This document shows, in pieces, positions 27,089-38,639 of a stretch of DNA of 64,000 bases. The notes below the pieces were generated by a model. The model searched no databases. It had not been told where the DNA came from and worked only from the letters and a program-made list of their open reading frames with translations. A program made the translations under genes and the position numbers. This DNA comes from Octopus sinensis (taxonomy: Eukaryota): assembly GCF_006345805.1 (NCBI RefSeq), contig NC_042998.1, forward strand, positions 161,386,001 to 161,450,000. The letters run 5' to 3'. Within the stretch, counting starts at the first letter, position 1. Each line of letters begins with the position of its first letter.

Positions 27089-27239
27089 ATTTATATTAAG
27101 GGCATTACTATACATAAATGCCTCATGCTAGGAGGGACTCTTAAAGTCAAAACTACAATGTGTTTATTATGGTAGTTTTGACTTTAAGAGTCCTTCCTAG
27201 CATGAGGCATTTATGTATAGTAATGCCCTTAATATAAAT
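27089..27239. mobile_element. Foldback palindrome or MITE: 68-bp arms, 15-nt loop
   Basis: 27089-27156 is the reverse complement of 27172-27239 apart from one G/T position. The core is TTAA-GGGC...GCCC-TTAA, flanked by TA. Confidence 0.8.
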
Positions 27240-27357
27240 AAATATATTTAAGGGAAATAATTAATAAATTTTTGCCTTATGAGGTTTTTCATGCTAACTA
27301 CTTGATAATTTCTTATAAAGATTTTATCCTATTTTAAAATTGTATATATATATATAT

Positions 27358-27524
27358 ATGATGGGCTTCTTTCCTTTTCTGTCAACCAAATCCACTTACA
27401 AATCTTTGGTCTGCATGAGGCTATAGTAGAAGACACTTGCCCAAGGCTCTGTGTCAGTAGGACTGAACTTGGAACTATATGTGGTTGAGAAGCAAGCTTC
27501 TTACCACACAATGATGCCAGTGCC
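27358..27524 (-). mobile_element. SINE family A 5' half
   Basis: 'gggcttctttcc...gacacttgcccaagg...cttcttaccacaca'. Confidence 0.75.
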
Positions 27525-27896
27525 TTTCACAAATTAATTCTTGATATGTGTAACATGGTTTATAATCAGTGTACTGTGATTTCACAAATCAGTAATGAAT
27601 GAATCAGTGATAAACAGATATAGATTTACGGAAAATAAATGTTCGATTATAGATTTTTATTTTATTTTTGCTATTTAAAAGTGCTATTCTGTATGTTGTT
27701 ATGAAAAGTGATGGGTGAAGTTCTCATTTTAAATCTTAATTTCTGTGACTCTTATCTGAATTAATTATACTTCATAATATCTTTTCCTTTTCTTCTTCTA
27801 TACTGTTATTACATGCTACAGAATCTCCAAAAAATTAGACACCAATATCTAAGCCTTGTCAAGACCTAATTAGAATACCTATGAAGAAAACTGAAG

Positions 27897-28270
27897 TAAG
27901 ATGCTTACTTCCCAATCACATAGTTTCGGGTTCAGTTCTACTTTGTGGCACCTTGGGCAAGTGTCTTCTACTATAGTCTTGGGCCAATCAAAGCCTTGTG
28001 AGTGGATTTAGTAGAGGCCTGTTACACACACACACACACACATGTATGCATGTGTATGTGTCTTTGTGTCAGTGTCTGTTCCCCACCACTACCTGATAAC
28101 TGGCATGATGTGTTTATATCCCCATAACTTTGTGGTTCAGCAAAGAGACTGATAAAATAAATACCAAGCTTAAAGAAACTAATAAGTATTGAGGTCAATT
28201 CAATTGACTAAAAGTTCTTCAAGCTGGTGTCCCAGTATGGCCACAGTCTAGTGGTTAAACAAGTAAAAAA
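27897..28270 (+). mobile_element. SINE family A
   Basis: Collinear from head to tail with 19184-19624. Confidence 0.8.
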
Positions 28271-28368
28271 AAATACCAAAGTAAGTGACCCCCCCCACTA
28301 CCACCACCACTCACACACTATGAATCCACTAACACTCTCTACTTAGCAAGAATGAAGGACAGCCCAGA

Positions 28369-28890
28369 ATCTTTTCTACTCTAGGCACAAAGCCTGAAAT
28401 TTTGGGGAGAGGGCCAGTCTATTAGATCGACTCCAGCACACAACTGGTACCTAATTTATTGACCTCAAAAGGATAAAAGGCAAAGTCGACCTCGGCAGAA
28501 TTTGAACTCAGAATGTAAAGACAGAAGAAATACCACTAAGCATTTCGCCCGGTGTGCTAATGTTTCTGCCAGCTCACCACCTTAGTCATAAATAATAATG
28601 CAAAACCAATCATCTCATGCTCAACATTAAACCCAAAAACCAATGCTGACTCCCACTCATCAAAATCAAAAGGTGCCTGATGAGTCTCTGTAATGCTAGA
28701 AACAACTCACATTGTAAACGTAAGAATATTAATAAAAAGGATCCAACAAACAGGCGTGGCTGTGTGGTAAGAAGTTTGCTTCCTAAGCACATGGTTTGAG
28801 TTCAGTCCTGCAGTGTGATACCTTGGGCAAGATAAAATACCACTAATTATTTCGCATGGCATGCTAACATTTCTGCCAGCTCTTCACCTT
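28369..28890 (-). mobile_element. SINE family B interrupted by a 333-bp copy of the 47440-47772 segment
   Basis: The family B body runs through unique DNA into a family A head, then a second family B head resumes at 28832 ('ataaaataccact...ctgccagctc'). Confidence 0.75.
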
Positions 28891-31736
28891 AAGGTCAGCC
28901 CAGGATAATGAGGCTAAGTTCATAAGTAATATTTTAACAACCAGTATTATATACTAACTTAGGAGTATTAGACTGAAGGAAAAATAATTGCATTTGAAAT
29001 TCCATTTTTGTTTCTTTATATTTCATATAATTCTCTATTTCACAACAGTTTTGAAACCTTTGGCTTCAAATATGTTGAGTATGTTTCAAAGTTTAAATAA
29101 ACTTGGAAGAGTGCAACACTATACAAGAAACTGGTGTAATTTCCTGTAGACTGGTCACTAAGAAGCATAAAAATGAAGAGTTCTGAAAAATTTCATTTGT
29201 TTTTGTGAATTCATTGTTAAAATTTGGATGTTAGTTTAGCTGGTAGTTTAGTCATTCTATTTAAAATATCTAGTTTCTATACTACAGTAAACTATTCACT
29301 ATTGTTACTAAATTCAAACCAACACTTTATTGCTTTTTAGAATACTGTTCTGCTATGTAAATACTATCCATTAATGTTCCTTGTTTTCTGTTTTGTGTTT
29401 ATGTGGTTTTCAATCACCTGTCAAATCTACAATTGTACAAGTGTACACACATCTACCGACTCCCATGTGTTTATTTGCGTGTGAAAGAGAGAGGGAGAGA
29501 GAGAAAGAGAGAGAAGGAGGGTGGTGGAATTACTACTTTATTTAAATCTTTCCTATACATATTCATGTATCACAACAGACTAGAGATGCCAATTAGTTGA
29601 CAACGTGGGTGCAGTTTTATAATAATTCAATATTTTTTTTCATTTTTATCTAAAATTTCTTCATTTAAACAATAATGGAGAGACAGAGAAAAGAGGAAAA
29701 GAGAAAGAAGAGAGAAAATAATACAAAGTTCATCAGAAGTTAAATTTTACTCACTTTTAAATTAAATATTTCCCTAAAGGTATCTTGGATGAATATCAAA
29801 GCAATCTGTTTAACTATAACCTTTTCCATTTGAAGAATTGCTGTTGTTAGTGATGTTGTCTTCATCTTGATATTGTTACTGTTGTTGTTTTTTATATGAT
29901 GATGATGATGATAATGATGACAAGGCTAAATGAATGATGACAACAGTGAAAATGATGGGGATGATAGTGATGATGATGATGTTGATGATGATGATGATGA
30001 TGATGATGATGACGGCGACGATGACGTTGGTGACGACGATGACGATGACGACAATGATGATGATGATGAAATAGGTATTGCTTAGTTTCTATGGTTCAAA
30101 AGTAGTCAGGAAGAAAAGTAGGTTCCATTCTAGCTGGAGGCTTAATCTAAATATTAATCTAATTTTGTTAGAGTTCATTTGAGAAGTAGGAGAAAATCAT
30201 CTTGAAATATATTCTGCCGTTTCTGCTTTAGGTGTCTGATATAAGATTTTCCCATCATTTAGAGATGCCATTTTACTATCTTTTAAATGGGTGGGAAGAA
30301 CAATTATTCCATTTGTTTATTAGTTATTTTTTTTTTTTATAAACCCTTTCCATTTTGGTATATTTAAACTGATTTCATGTGAACTTGCCTCTGTTTTTTG
30401 TTATATAAATTCTTGCTACTCATACTGTCTACATAATTGCTAGCCAATATAATAATCAACTTCAAGACTATGAGACTGACATAAACAGTACAGTAGCACT
30501 TACATTGATTTAAATTCTGAGTTCAAATTCCACCAGGACAGATTTTTACCATTTATCTTTCCAGGGTCAATAAAATGGGTACCAGCCAAATACTAAATTC
30601 AGTGTAGTTGATTATATTCTTCCCCAAAATTTGTAGCAAGCACCTGTGGTCAGAAATCAATATATTCAACTCCTAACAAAATACTGCCAAATTTGTTCCT
30701 TTTCTTAGACACTAAAAACATCCCTTTGCTATCATCCTACGACTTTGTGCCTCCATCACACTCATAATTGTACCTTCCCTTGTCCATATTCTTGATCATA
30801 GCTTCTCTTTAATTCACGTTCTTGGTCACACTTGACTTGCAAAGAATGTTATGTTGAAAGTTATGTTGATGAGACAGGACTTTTATAGTAAGATTGTGGT
30901 TTCGAATTCCTGGACCAGGTAATGCATTGTGTTCTTCAGCAAAACATTTCACTTTACGTTAGTCCTGTCCACTCAGCTGTAGAAATGAGTACCACTAGTG
31001 GAGGTGCATCACTTAGTAGTTAGGTTCTTGGATTCACAACCGTAAGATTGTAGTTTCCATCCCTGAACTGGGCAATCTGGTGTGTTCTTGTTCCAGACAC
31101 TTCAGTTCATGTTATTCCAGTCCACTCATCTTGTAGAAATGAGTTTAGCCTGGAGAGGGATGGAATCCACCAGGCTTTCTCGCCCTAGATACATTGCATG
31201 GCTGTAAGACCCCAATGACCCCTAAGGGTTAAGGGACTTGTCAATGTTAGAGTCTTGCAAGAGACAAATATTAAGGCTATGATAAAATACATCAATTGCT
31301 CTTAAGAAGGATGCTTTTTCTTAATACTTGGTGTTAGGAAGAGTATCCAGCTGCAGAAACGATGTCAGAAATAGAATGTAGGAGTGGGATGTAGTTCTCT
31401 GGCTGATCTAGTAGGATGTTAACTCTGAGAAAGAACTGACTTTTGGCAGTGTGGTTAATCTGATCTTGTTGACTTGTGTGTCTCAATGACTCTGAGAGCT
31501 CTGGCAGTGGAGTGCAAGTCCCTGGTAAAGCCTCTCGTGCTAGACAGATGGAAGTATAGAGGCTTGAATGATACAGACCATCTCTTTCCAGAGGTAGAAA
31601 TGCATTTTTATGAGGCCAACACCACTACCTAGAAAAAAACCAAAGTTACAGAAGCATCGATGACAATTGAAAATTGATGAGGCCTGGGAGAGAAAGGCTT
31701 TCTCCTCCTGGAAATATATGCCTGAAGTGAAAGCAA

Positions 31737-31880
31737 AGATGGAACCCACAGGAGAGTTTGGAAAATGTTTGAAAGAATAGGGATCCAATTGGATAGAAAC
31801 AGAAAAGATAGTTCAGAGTCAAGAATGGTGGAGAAAAGTTGTTGATGGCCTATGTTCTATAGGGAGAAAATTGCTTAATT
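31737..31880 (+). mobile_element. RTE-clade LINE 3' end fragment
   Basis: RWNPQ..., then after a frameshift GSNWIETEKIVQSQEWWRKVVDGLCS, matching the RTE ORF2 C-terminal pattern WNPQG...W.ELE..AQDR..WR..V.GLC. Confidence 0.55.
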
Positions 31881-32319
31881 TGTCAGTATGATTAAAAGAC
31901 ATTCTGTTTATGACTAGAAACAGTGATTCTAAGATTACACAGTCCAATTTTGTCATCCCATTTTGTTTTCAGATGTTAGGTTGCAACTCGAGGTACATAA
32001 ATTTGGTATTTTGTGCCAGTTGAACAACCATGTAGCAGTCCAACATTAGCTCCATGAATGGTAATTCCTATTCATTGATATCATGTTACATCATAGCCAT
32101 GTGTCTTGCTAAACTTGTGCAGTATACAGTCTTTAAACTGCAGCCAATCAGTTACTAAGTATATCTAGTCAAGTAAGGAGTGAATAAGACTCTAATATAA
32201 ATGCTTAGTATAAATTAAAAATTAAAATGAGACTATGTTGGTTCGTGTACAGATTAATCAACTAAGATTGATTAATGAACAGATTTTCATTTATTTATTT
32301 ATTATAATTGTTGTAATCA

Positions 32320-32550
32320 ACAATATCAACATCATCATCATAACTATTACCATTTACTTGAATATCAATGCTATCATTATAATCATCAGATTCAACAACA
32401 CTGCTATTACTACTATCAACAATAACCTCTACCTTCAACATTGTCATCATCATCATCGGCATTGGTATCATCATCATCATCATCATCATCCTCATCATCA
32501 TCATCGTTTTTGCGGTCCTCCTCCTCCTCCTCCTTCGCATTATCACCACC

Positions 32551-32582
<32 letters not shown>

Positions 32583-32619
32583 CAACAGTAACAGCAGTAA
32601 CAGCAGCAGCAGCAGCAGC

Positions 32620-32653
<34 letters not shown>

Positions 32654-32712
32654 GTAACAGCAGTAACAGCAGCAGCAGCAGCAGCAGCAACAACAACAAC
32701 AACAACAACAAA
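32320..32712. repeat. Mosaic trinucleotide microsatellite (CAT/CCT/CAC/CAA/CAG) with a higher-order duplication
   Basis: The block (caa)n-cagtaacagcagtaa-(cag)n occurs twice in tandem (about 32565-32710). Confidence 0.9.
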
Positions 32713-32850
32713 TAACTGATAAAAATACATGTTATTATTTAAAAACTTTGATGAGAAATGGCATGAAATACAAAAAGCCATAAAATTATTATCAATTATT
32801 GAAATCAAAATAGTTCTTTGCTTAGGATATTTCTTATCATCTTCAATATA

Positions 32851-32881
<31 letters not shown>

Positions 32882-33488
32882 CATGCATGTATAATTATAT
32901 ATATTCATACATATATATATACGTATTTATATATGTGAAAGGGAAAGAAAACGAGAGGAAAAAAGAGGGCGATGTGTATGCACATATATATATATATATA
33001 TATGCATAAACACAAGCACAGAAGCACACACATTACTATGAATGATCATTTGTTACATTTGTCAGCTTAAACTGATAAGTACAGTATATGATGGTACTTA
33101 TGAATATTGAATGTATGCTATTTGGTAGAAATAATTACATGATTCTGAATTGCTTCTTATTGGTTTGTCTGTTGTGTCATAGTGATGTGAACATGTGGCC
33201 TAGACAGTTAGGTTATAGATTTTATATTTAATGAAACAAGTTTGATCCCAGTTGGCAGATCACTCTAATTGCTCAGAATTAATTAAATTCTTTTTGAAGA
33301 TCTGTATGAATATTATATTAAGAAACAAATTGAAATTGTCTCTTCTTTAATACTATTTTTGATGTCTTTCTTGTCCTTGTCTTTCTTCCCTTTAATTGCT
33401 TCCTGATATCCCACTTCTGATCAAATTACAAATTACTTACAACATTATCTTTGCAGGGCAGCATATATGTGTAAGTATATAACATATA

Positions 33489-33652
33489 CAGTGCAGGCAT
33501 GGCTGTGTGGTAAGAAGTTTGCTTCCCAGTCACATGGTTCCAGGTTTGGTCCCACTGTGTGGCACCCTTGGCAAATGTCTTCTGCAATAGCCTTGAGGCA
33601 ACCAAAGCTTTGAGAGTAGATTTGGTTGATGGAAACTGAAAGAAGCTCATCT

Positions 33653-33686
<34 letters not shown>

Positions 33687-33943
33687 TACATATACACATT
33701 TATGTATATTTATCTATGTCTATGTTTGTGTCTTTGTGTCTGTGTTAATTGATCACCCCCACTGCTTCACAACTGAACCACTAAGTTATGAGGATGTAAA
33801 TACATCCTCATAACTTAGTGGTTCAGCTAAGAGACTGATAGAATAAGTATCAGGCTAAAAATAAAACTAAGGACTGGAGTCAATTCATCCAACTAGGATT
33901 CTTCAAGGCAGTGCCCTAGCATTTGCTGCCATCTGTTGACTGA

Positions 33944-33945
<2 letters not shown>
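33489..33945 (+). mobile_element. SINE family A with an internal palindrome
   Basis: Standard head and tail. Positions 33773-33826 form a 26-bp perfect inverted repeat that replaces part of the body. Confidence 0.8.
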
Positions 33946-33977
<32 letters not shown>

Positions 33978-34039
33978 CAAAAGGATGTGTTATAACACTA
34001 TTTGACATATACAAAAGCAGCCATAACAACAATCCAACA

Positions 34040-34680
34040 TATCTTCGTCATCAGCAAGATGTATATCAGAATGATGGGTAACTCATTCAAGGAAAGGTAC
34101 ACACAACATCTGGTGTCATGCAACATATCTATCCAATATTATATGGACACTGAAAGAAAGTAGAATAAGTAATGCTCAGATAAAATGCAACATCATTTCT
34201 AAAGCTAAAAAATTACAGAGGACAGGGTATCAAATGTGAACTCTGTATCCCTGTAAACTAAATATCTTTCAGTCAACAGATAATATTCTAAATATTAGGG
34301 ATGAAATATTCTCTCCCAGCATACACAAGCAATATTTCTCACTCAAACACTTCAAAGAGGAACCACCACCTGCACCACTAATCCCACAAAGATATCCCCT
34401 TTCCTGAACATGAAATTTGAATATACATAAAACATGAACTCCACACACTGAAGAAATATTCCCCCATGATGAACTACTTCAGCACACATGCATATGAACA
34501 TCACATGTACCCAGAATATAAAATGAGATACGACACGACTGTTTGCCCGAAAGTTAAACCAAAGGGAGATTACCACTCAAAAGTGGTTATCTCCACGAAT
34601 TCAACGAGACTTTGTGTTTATCCAAAGTGGAGATGAACACCATTCCACCATACGATCGTCTTGAAAAATTGTTAAGATAT
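34040..34680 (+). mobile_element. Penelope-like element remnant: GIY-YIG C-terminus and 3' region
   Basis: Across frameshifts it reads KMYIRMMGNSFKERYTQHLVS / YLSNIIWTLKES...IISKAKNYRGQGIKCELC / ILNIRDEIFSPSIHKQYFSL. This matches the YIG.T...FK.RY..H...LS..IW.LK...C.LC...LN.R.E pattern. Confidence 0.65.
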
Positions 34681-34735
34681 TAAAATATTTTCTTTTTTTT
34701 TTCTTGAGCACTTGTTTTCATCGTTTGACATTTAC

Positions 34736-34758
<23 letters not shown>

Positions 34759-34766
<8 letters not shown>

Positions 34767-34995
34767 GAGGAAGGTCAGCTTATGTGATTACTTTAGGTTT
34801 CCCATCCATAAAGGGTTTAGCTTTATGGTCTATTGTCAGATCCTCCAAAAGCTTGTTGACCCAAGACCTCTTAAAAATATTTTAAGAGGTCTTGGTTCAA
34901 CAGGTTTTTGGGATCTGACAATATGCCATAAAGCAAAACTCTTTATGGACAGGAAATCTAAGGTAATACCATAAATCGGCCTTCCCCATTTTTAA
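34759..34995. mobile_element. Foldback palindrome or MITE, ~117-bp arms
   Basis: TTAAAAA...ccaagacctcttaaaa-ata-ttttaagaggtcttgg...TTTTTAA. The arms are roughly 80% complementary by eye and TA flanks both ends. Confidence 0.8.
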
Positions 34996-35068
34996 TATAT
35001 GCTTATATACTGCTTTACCTTTACATCTTAGAGTATGCTTCTTCTTTCAGATTTGTTTTTTACAGACG

Positions 35069-35130
<62 letters not shown>

Positions 35131-35272
35131 ATATGTATGTATGTATACAGGGTATGAGGGGTATTTGAGGACAGTTTTGATATACAACAAAACAACTATA
35201 TTTCAGCATAAATAAATATGTATTTTAATAAACATTTGTGCAATTGGTCCTGATAAGGATTTCTTAAGCAAA

Positions 35273-36942
35273 TTATTTTATGAAACTGCCTTCGGTTACG
35301 ATGACTGCTTCAATGTGGGGCCAAAACTGCTGGCATGCTGACACTATATGGTCCTTATTTATTTCGGACATCACCTGGATAATGGCGGCCTTCAGTGAAG
35401 CTATGGTATTATGAGGATGACGATTAGTCTCCCTTTCAACAGTGCTCTGCACGTAATAGTCCATGGGGTTCAATTCTGGCGAGTTTGGAGGCCACATATT
35501 GGGTGTTGCATAATCATAAAGATTGTCTGATAAACATTCTTGGGTGACTAGGTCTTTGTGAGAAGGTACTGAGTCTTGTTGAAGCATGTATGTCCTTCCA
35601 TTGCATATGTAGTGAACTCTAGTGAACTTCCTCTCTGTATTATGTAACAGACATACAAACATAGCAGGTAACTGCTAACCTTTGGGTGCTGTTTTCGACC
35701 ACGTTATGTGTAGTACTCCGATTGGTTGGTATTGGTGCAATTTGTCTCTTACTCTATCGCGTGCCAATATGCAACCCAACCAATCGCAGCCTTCAAATAA
35801 GTCACATGAGACAGTCTTTTCCAAACAGCAATTCAGCCTACCGTCAGCTATAAAAGTTCACTTCCTTCTAGTCTCAACGTCTGTTGGTTCCCAGCCTTCT
35901 AAGGTCTAACCACTGACACATTGCAGGGACCTCTATCTTTGTCATCACCATCATATCTCTCACCAACGTCCTCAACAACCTCTACACAGCATCAATACAC
36001 TGTGCTGGTTCTAACATATTGCTGTTTTTGAGCTTCTCATCAGGGTTAACAGCTAACATACAACCTACATGTAGATATATGAATAAATGTCCATCAACCA
36101 CTTTCATTCAGCTTGTGTATATATACGTGTGACCACAATAAACGTATTTAAAGTTATCACCATGTATTTCTTTGCCAAGTTCCTACCAAATCAGATTACA
36201 GCCTTCTGAGCTGAGTCACATTAAATGGAATACTACCTATCCATCTAAACATACTTCATCAATCCAGAGCTTGATAACTGTTTCCAGTACCTCTGTGTAT
36301 CCAGCAGCATTAATTCTAAGACTCTGTGGGAAAAAGTGAGACGGTATCACATGACCTTCGCTACTAAACACCCCTAAAACCATCACAGTTATTGGAAATT
36401 TCGTGTGCATCACTTTGGGTACTTCAGAAGAATCTGTACATAACCACCTGTCATTTCTTCTGTTAGACTTTTGATCTTGGTCAAAGTTTTTCCGTCAGAG
36501 AAAAACCAAAGCATGCCTTGTTCATGAGGGGTTTTTCCTTTGCCAAGTAACCGTTTTGAAGTGATGAGATGTTTTTCCTGTGTCTTTACAGACACGAATT
36601 GGGTTTTCCTCATTACATAGAACTTGTATCGAATGTCACGATGTACCACAGTTCTGATAGTCCACTCTGACACCCAAAGTTCTTTAGCAATGGACCTCAT
36701 TGATCTTCTGGGGTCTTTATTGATAATGTTTCGAACATGTATAAATTCTGTGTCCTTTTAGTGTTTGAGTGTTTTTTTCTCTTTGATATAGGTGAGACAT
36801 TCCCATCACATGCCTCCAATTCCAGCCGAACTTTGTGTACAAATGATCTTGCAACATTTAGAAAGTTGCTAATTTCTAAATCATTGTGGTTTGCATGTAT
36901 AGGAACTATGACTGCATGTCTTTACATTACTTGAGTTAGCAT
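35273..36942 (-). pseudogene. DD37D transposase pseudogene (stops, frameshifts, LTR insertion)
   Basis: Starts MLTQ at 36942 and includes an HTH region (MRSIAKELWVSEWTIRTVVH). WIDEVC|NGRTYMLQQD is continuous once 35608-36253 (the insert plus one TSD copy) is removed. Stop at 35273. Confidence 0.85.
35608..36249 (+). mobile_element. Solo LTR inserted in the transposase
   Basis: 4-bp TSD CATA (35604-07 and 36250-53); termini TGTAG...CTAAA (one change from CTACA). It has CCAAT motifs, TATAAAA at 35849-55 and AATAAA at 36082 and 36137. Confidence 0.7.
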
Positions 36943-37047
36943 GATACCTTGAAAGGGTTATCTGAAAAAAAATGATACATTAAATAATTTGAAGCTGTAA
37001 TGAATTAAAAACGAAATGTCCTCAAATACCACTCACATCCTGTATGC

Positions 37048-37096
<49 letters not shown>

Positions 37097-37479
37097 TGAT
37101 GTACATAAATATAATAAGTTCACTCGTATCCAGTATTGTTGCAGTGGAACATTTGACCAGGCCTTTAATAGCATACAATTCTGAAATGTACTGGAAATCA
37201 ACAGATACCCAGCAACTATTGCCTGTTGTCTTCAGAGTCCCAAGCCTAACAGAAAGATTTTTTCACCATTTTTGTAATGAAGCCACCACTGCTCAGTGGG
37301 AATATAACTGTTGATATCTGCAAGAACATTTGTGGGGAAAAGCTATCTAAACACCTGGCTCAATCTCGCCCTTCTCTATGAAAGATTTTGTCAAAAAAAT
37401 GACTTCAATGATGACAAAGCATATTCACACTGACCAACTGCTCTATCTGCAGCACAGACATATTCCTATGTATGTACGT

Positions 37480-37700
37480 CAGATCCAGCATGCAATACAA
37501 GTTACATTACTAATACAGTTCAGTCACTATATATCTGGATCAAAGAGTATCTCAACACACAGGCATCATCTTTCAAAAACACTTTGAATAAGGGAAAAAG
37601 GACATCACTTTTACCATTTAAGCTACAAATAGTAATACTGGGAAGCTGCAGATAAAAGAAGCCATTCTGATTGATAAAGAAACACTTGACAATTAAAAAC
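37480..37700 (+). mobile_element. Very decayed Penelope-like GIY-YIG fragment
   Basis: LDQRVSQH and TNSNTGKLQIKEAILIDKETLDN* resemble the L..R..EH and KL.I.EA..I...P.LN motifs. Confidence 0.45.
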
Positions 37701-38177
37701 TGGCTCAAAAGAAATGAATGCCAATGGATAGTGTGATGCACACAATACTTTATCTCTCATACACATCACCTTACCATGGCACTTAGAACACAGAACATAA
37801 CCCCAACTCTTTACTTCTTTAAATATCTGGTAATGTCCTAATAATACACAAGGATCCAGCACATCAATAAAATAAACATATAATTTATTTCCCTCTCATT
37901 CTGAAAAGCTTTGAATAGGAGTTTTTAACCCAAAACGTCATGATTAATAAAATATTTCTCTGATAACATTTCAATATGTTTGGTATTGTTATTTTTATAT
38001 TTACTGCTCCACCTGCATAGCTATAACACACAGATATTTTAATAGATATTTATATAACTTATCATAAAAGTGTGCATTACATAAAAGAGAATTTGAAAGT
38101 AATATAATGTATATTTATAGGATCTACCAAATATGAGTGTCGAACACTCAAATGACATATCTTAGAAACGTAATACC

Positions 38178-38412
38178 TATTTCTTTATTACCCACAAGGG
38201 GCTAAACATAGAGGGGACAAACAAGGACAGACATAGGTATTAAGTCGATTACATCGACCCCAGTGCGTAACTGGTACTTAATTTATCGACCCCGAAAGGA
38301 TGAAAGGCAAAGTCGACCTCGGCAGAATTTGAACTCACAACGTAACGGCAGACGAAATACCGCTAAGCATTTCACCTGGCGTACTAACGTTTCTGCCAGC
38401 TTGCCGCCTTTT
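38178..38412 (-). mobile_element. Young full-length tRNA-derived SINE family B with a 13-bp TSD
   Basis: TSD GAAACGTAATACC at 38165-77 and 38413-25. It retains many CpGs, and the sense strand has a B-box-like 'gagttcaaattc'. Confidence 0.9.
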
Positions 38413-38639
38413 GAAACGTAATACCATGTTAGAAACGTAATACCATGTTAGGGGTATTGTAAATTAAGAAAACTACAAACATAAGAGGCTTGAGGGAAAA
38501 AATTAAGAAAATTAGCATGATGCACTCAAAATAAGTCAGTTCCTCAATTAAGCATACATCCCCTGAGCCAAAAAGTAGAAACCTCTATGAATGCAACTTA
38601 ATCTGCTAGAATTAGCAATGAAATTTTCTTCACATTCGA

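Larger units (their letters stand above)
35148..37042 (-). mobile_element. Full-length decayed Tc1/mariner element, DD37D (maT) group
   Basis: TIRs 'cagggtatgaggggtatttgaggaca' / 'tgtcctcaaataccactcacatcctg', with TA TSD at 35146-47 and 37043-44. The transposase has FFSD...QQDSVPSH...WPPNSPELNPMDY, with 37 residues between the 2nd and 3rd Asp. Confidence 0.9.

Noticed and set aside
28677-28710. CTGATGAG...GAAAC in the duplicated spacer (CCGATGAG in the 47.6-kb copy), resembling a hammerhead core
   Set aside because: Stem II does not pair, helix III has a C-C mismatch, and stem I cannot be closed next to the core.
31964-32100. Strong acceptor 'cattttgttttcag' followed by a possible small exon
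   Set aside because: All three long frames hit stops. The 20-nt alternative cannot be linked to any other exon.
32235-32808. Poly-His/Gln/Thr/Ala/Leu ORFs (also near 7445, 49761-50076 and 55688-56365)
   Set aside because: They are trinucleotide microsatellites open in several frames on both strands, with no flanking domain or splice support.
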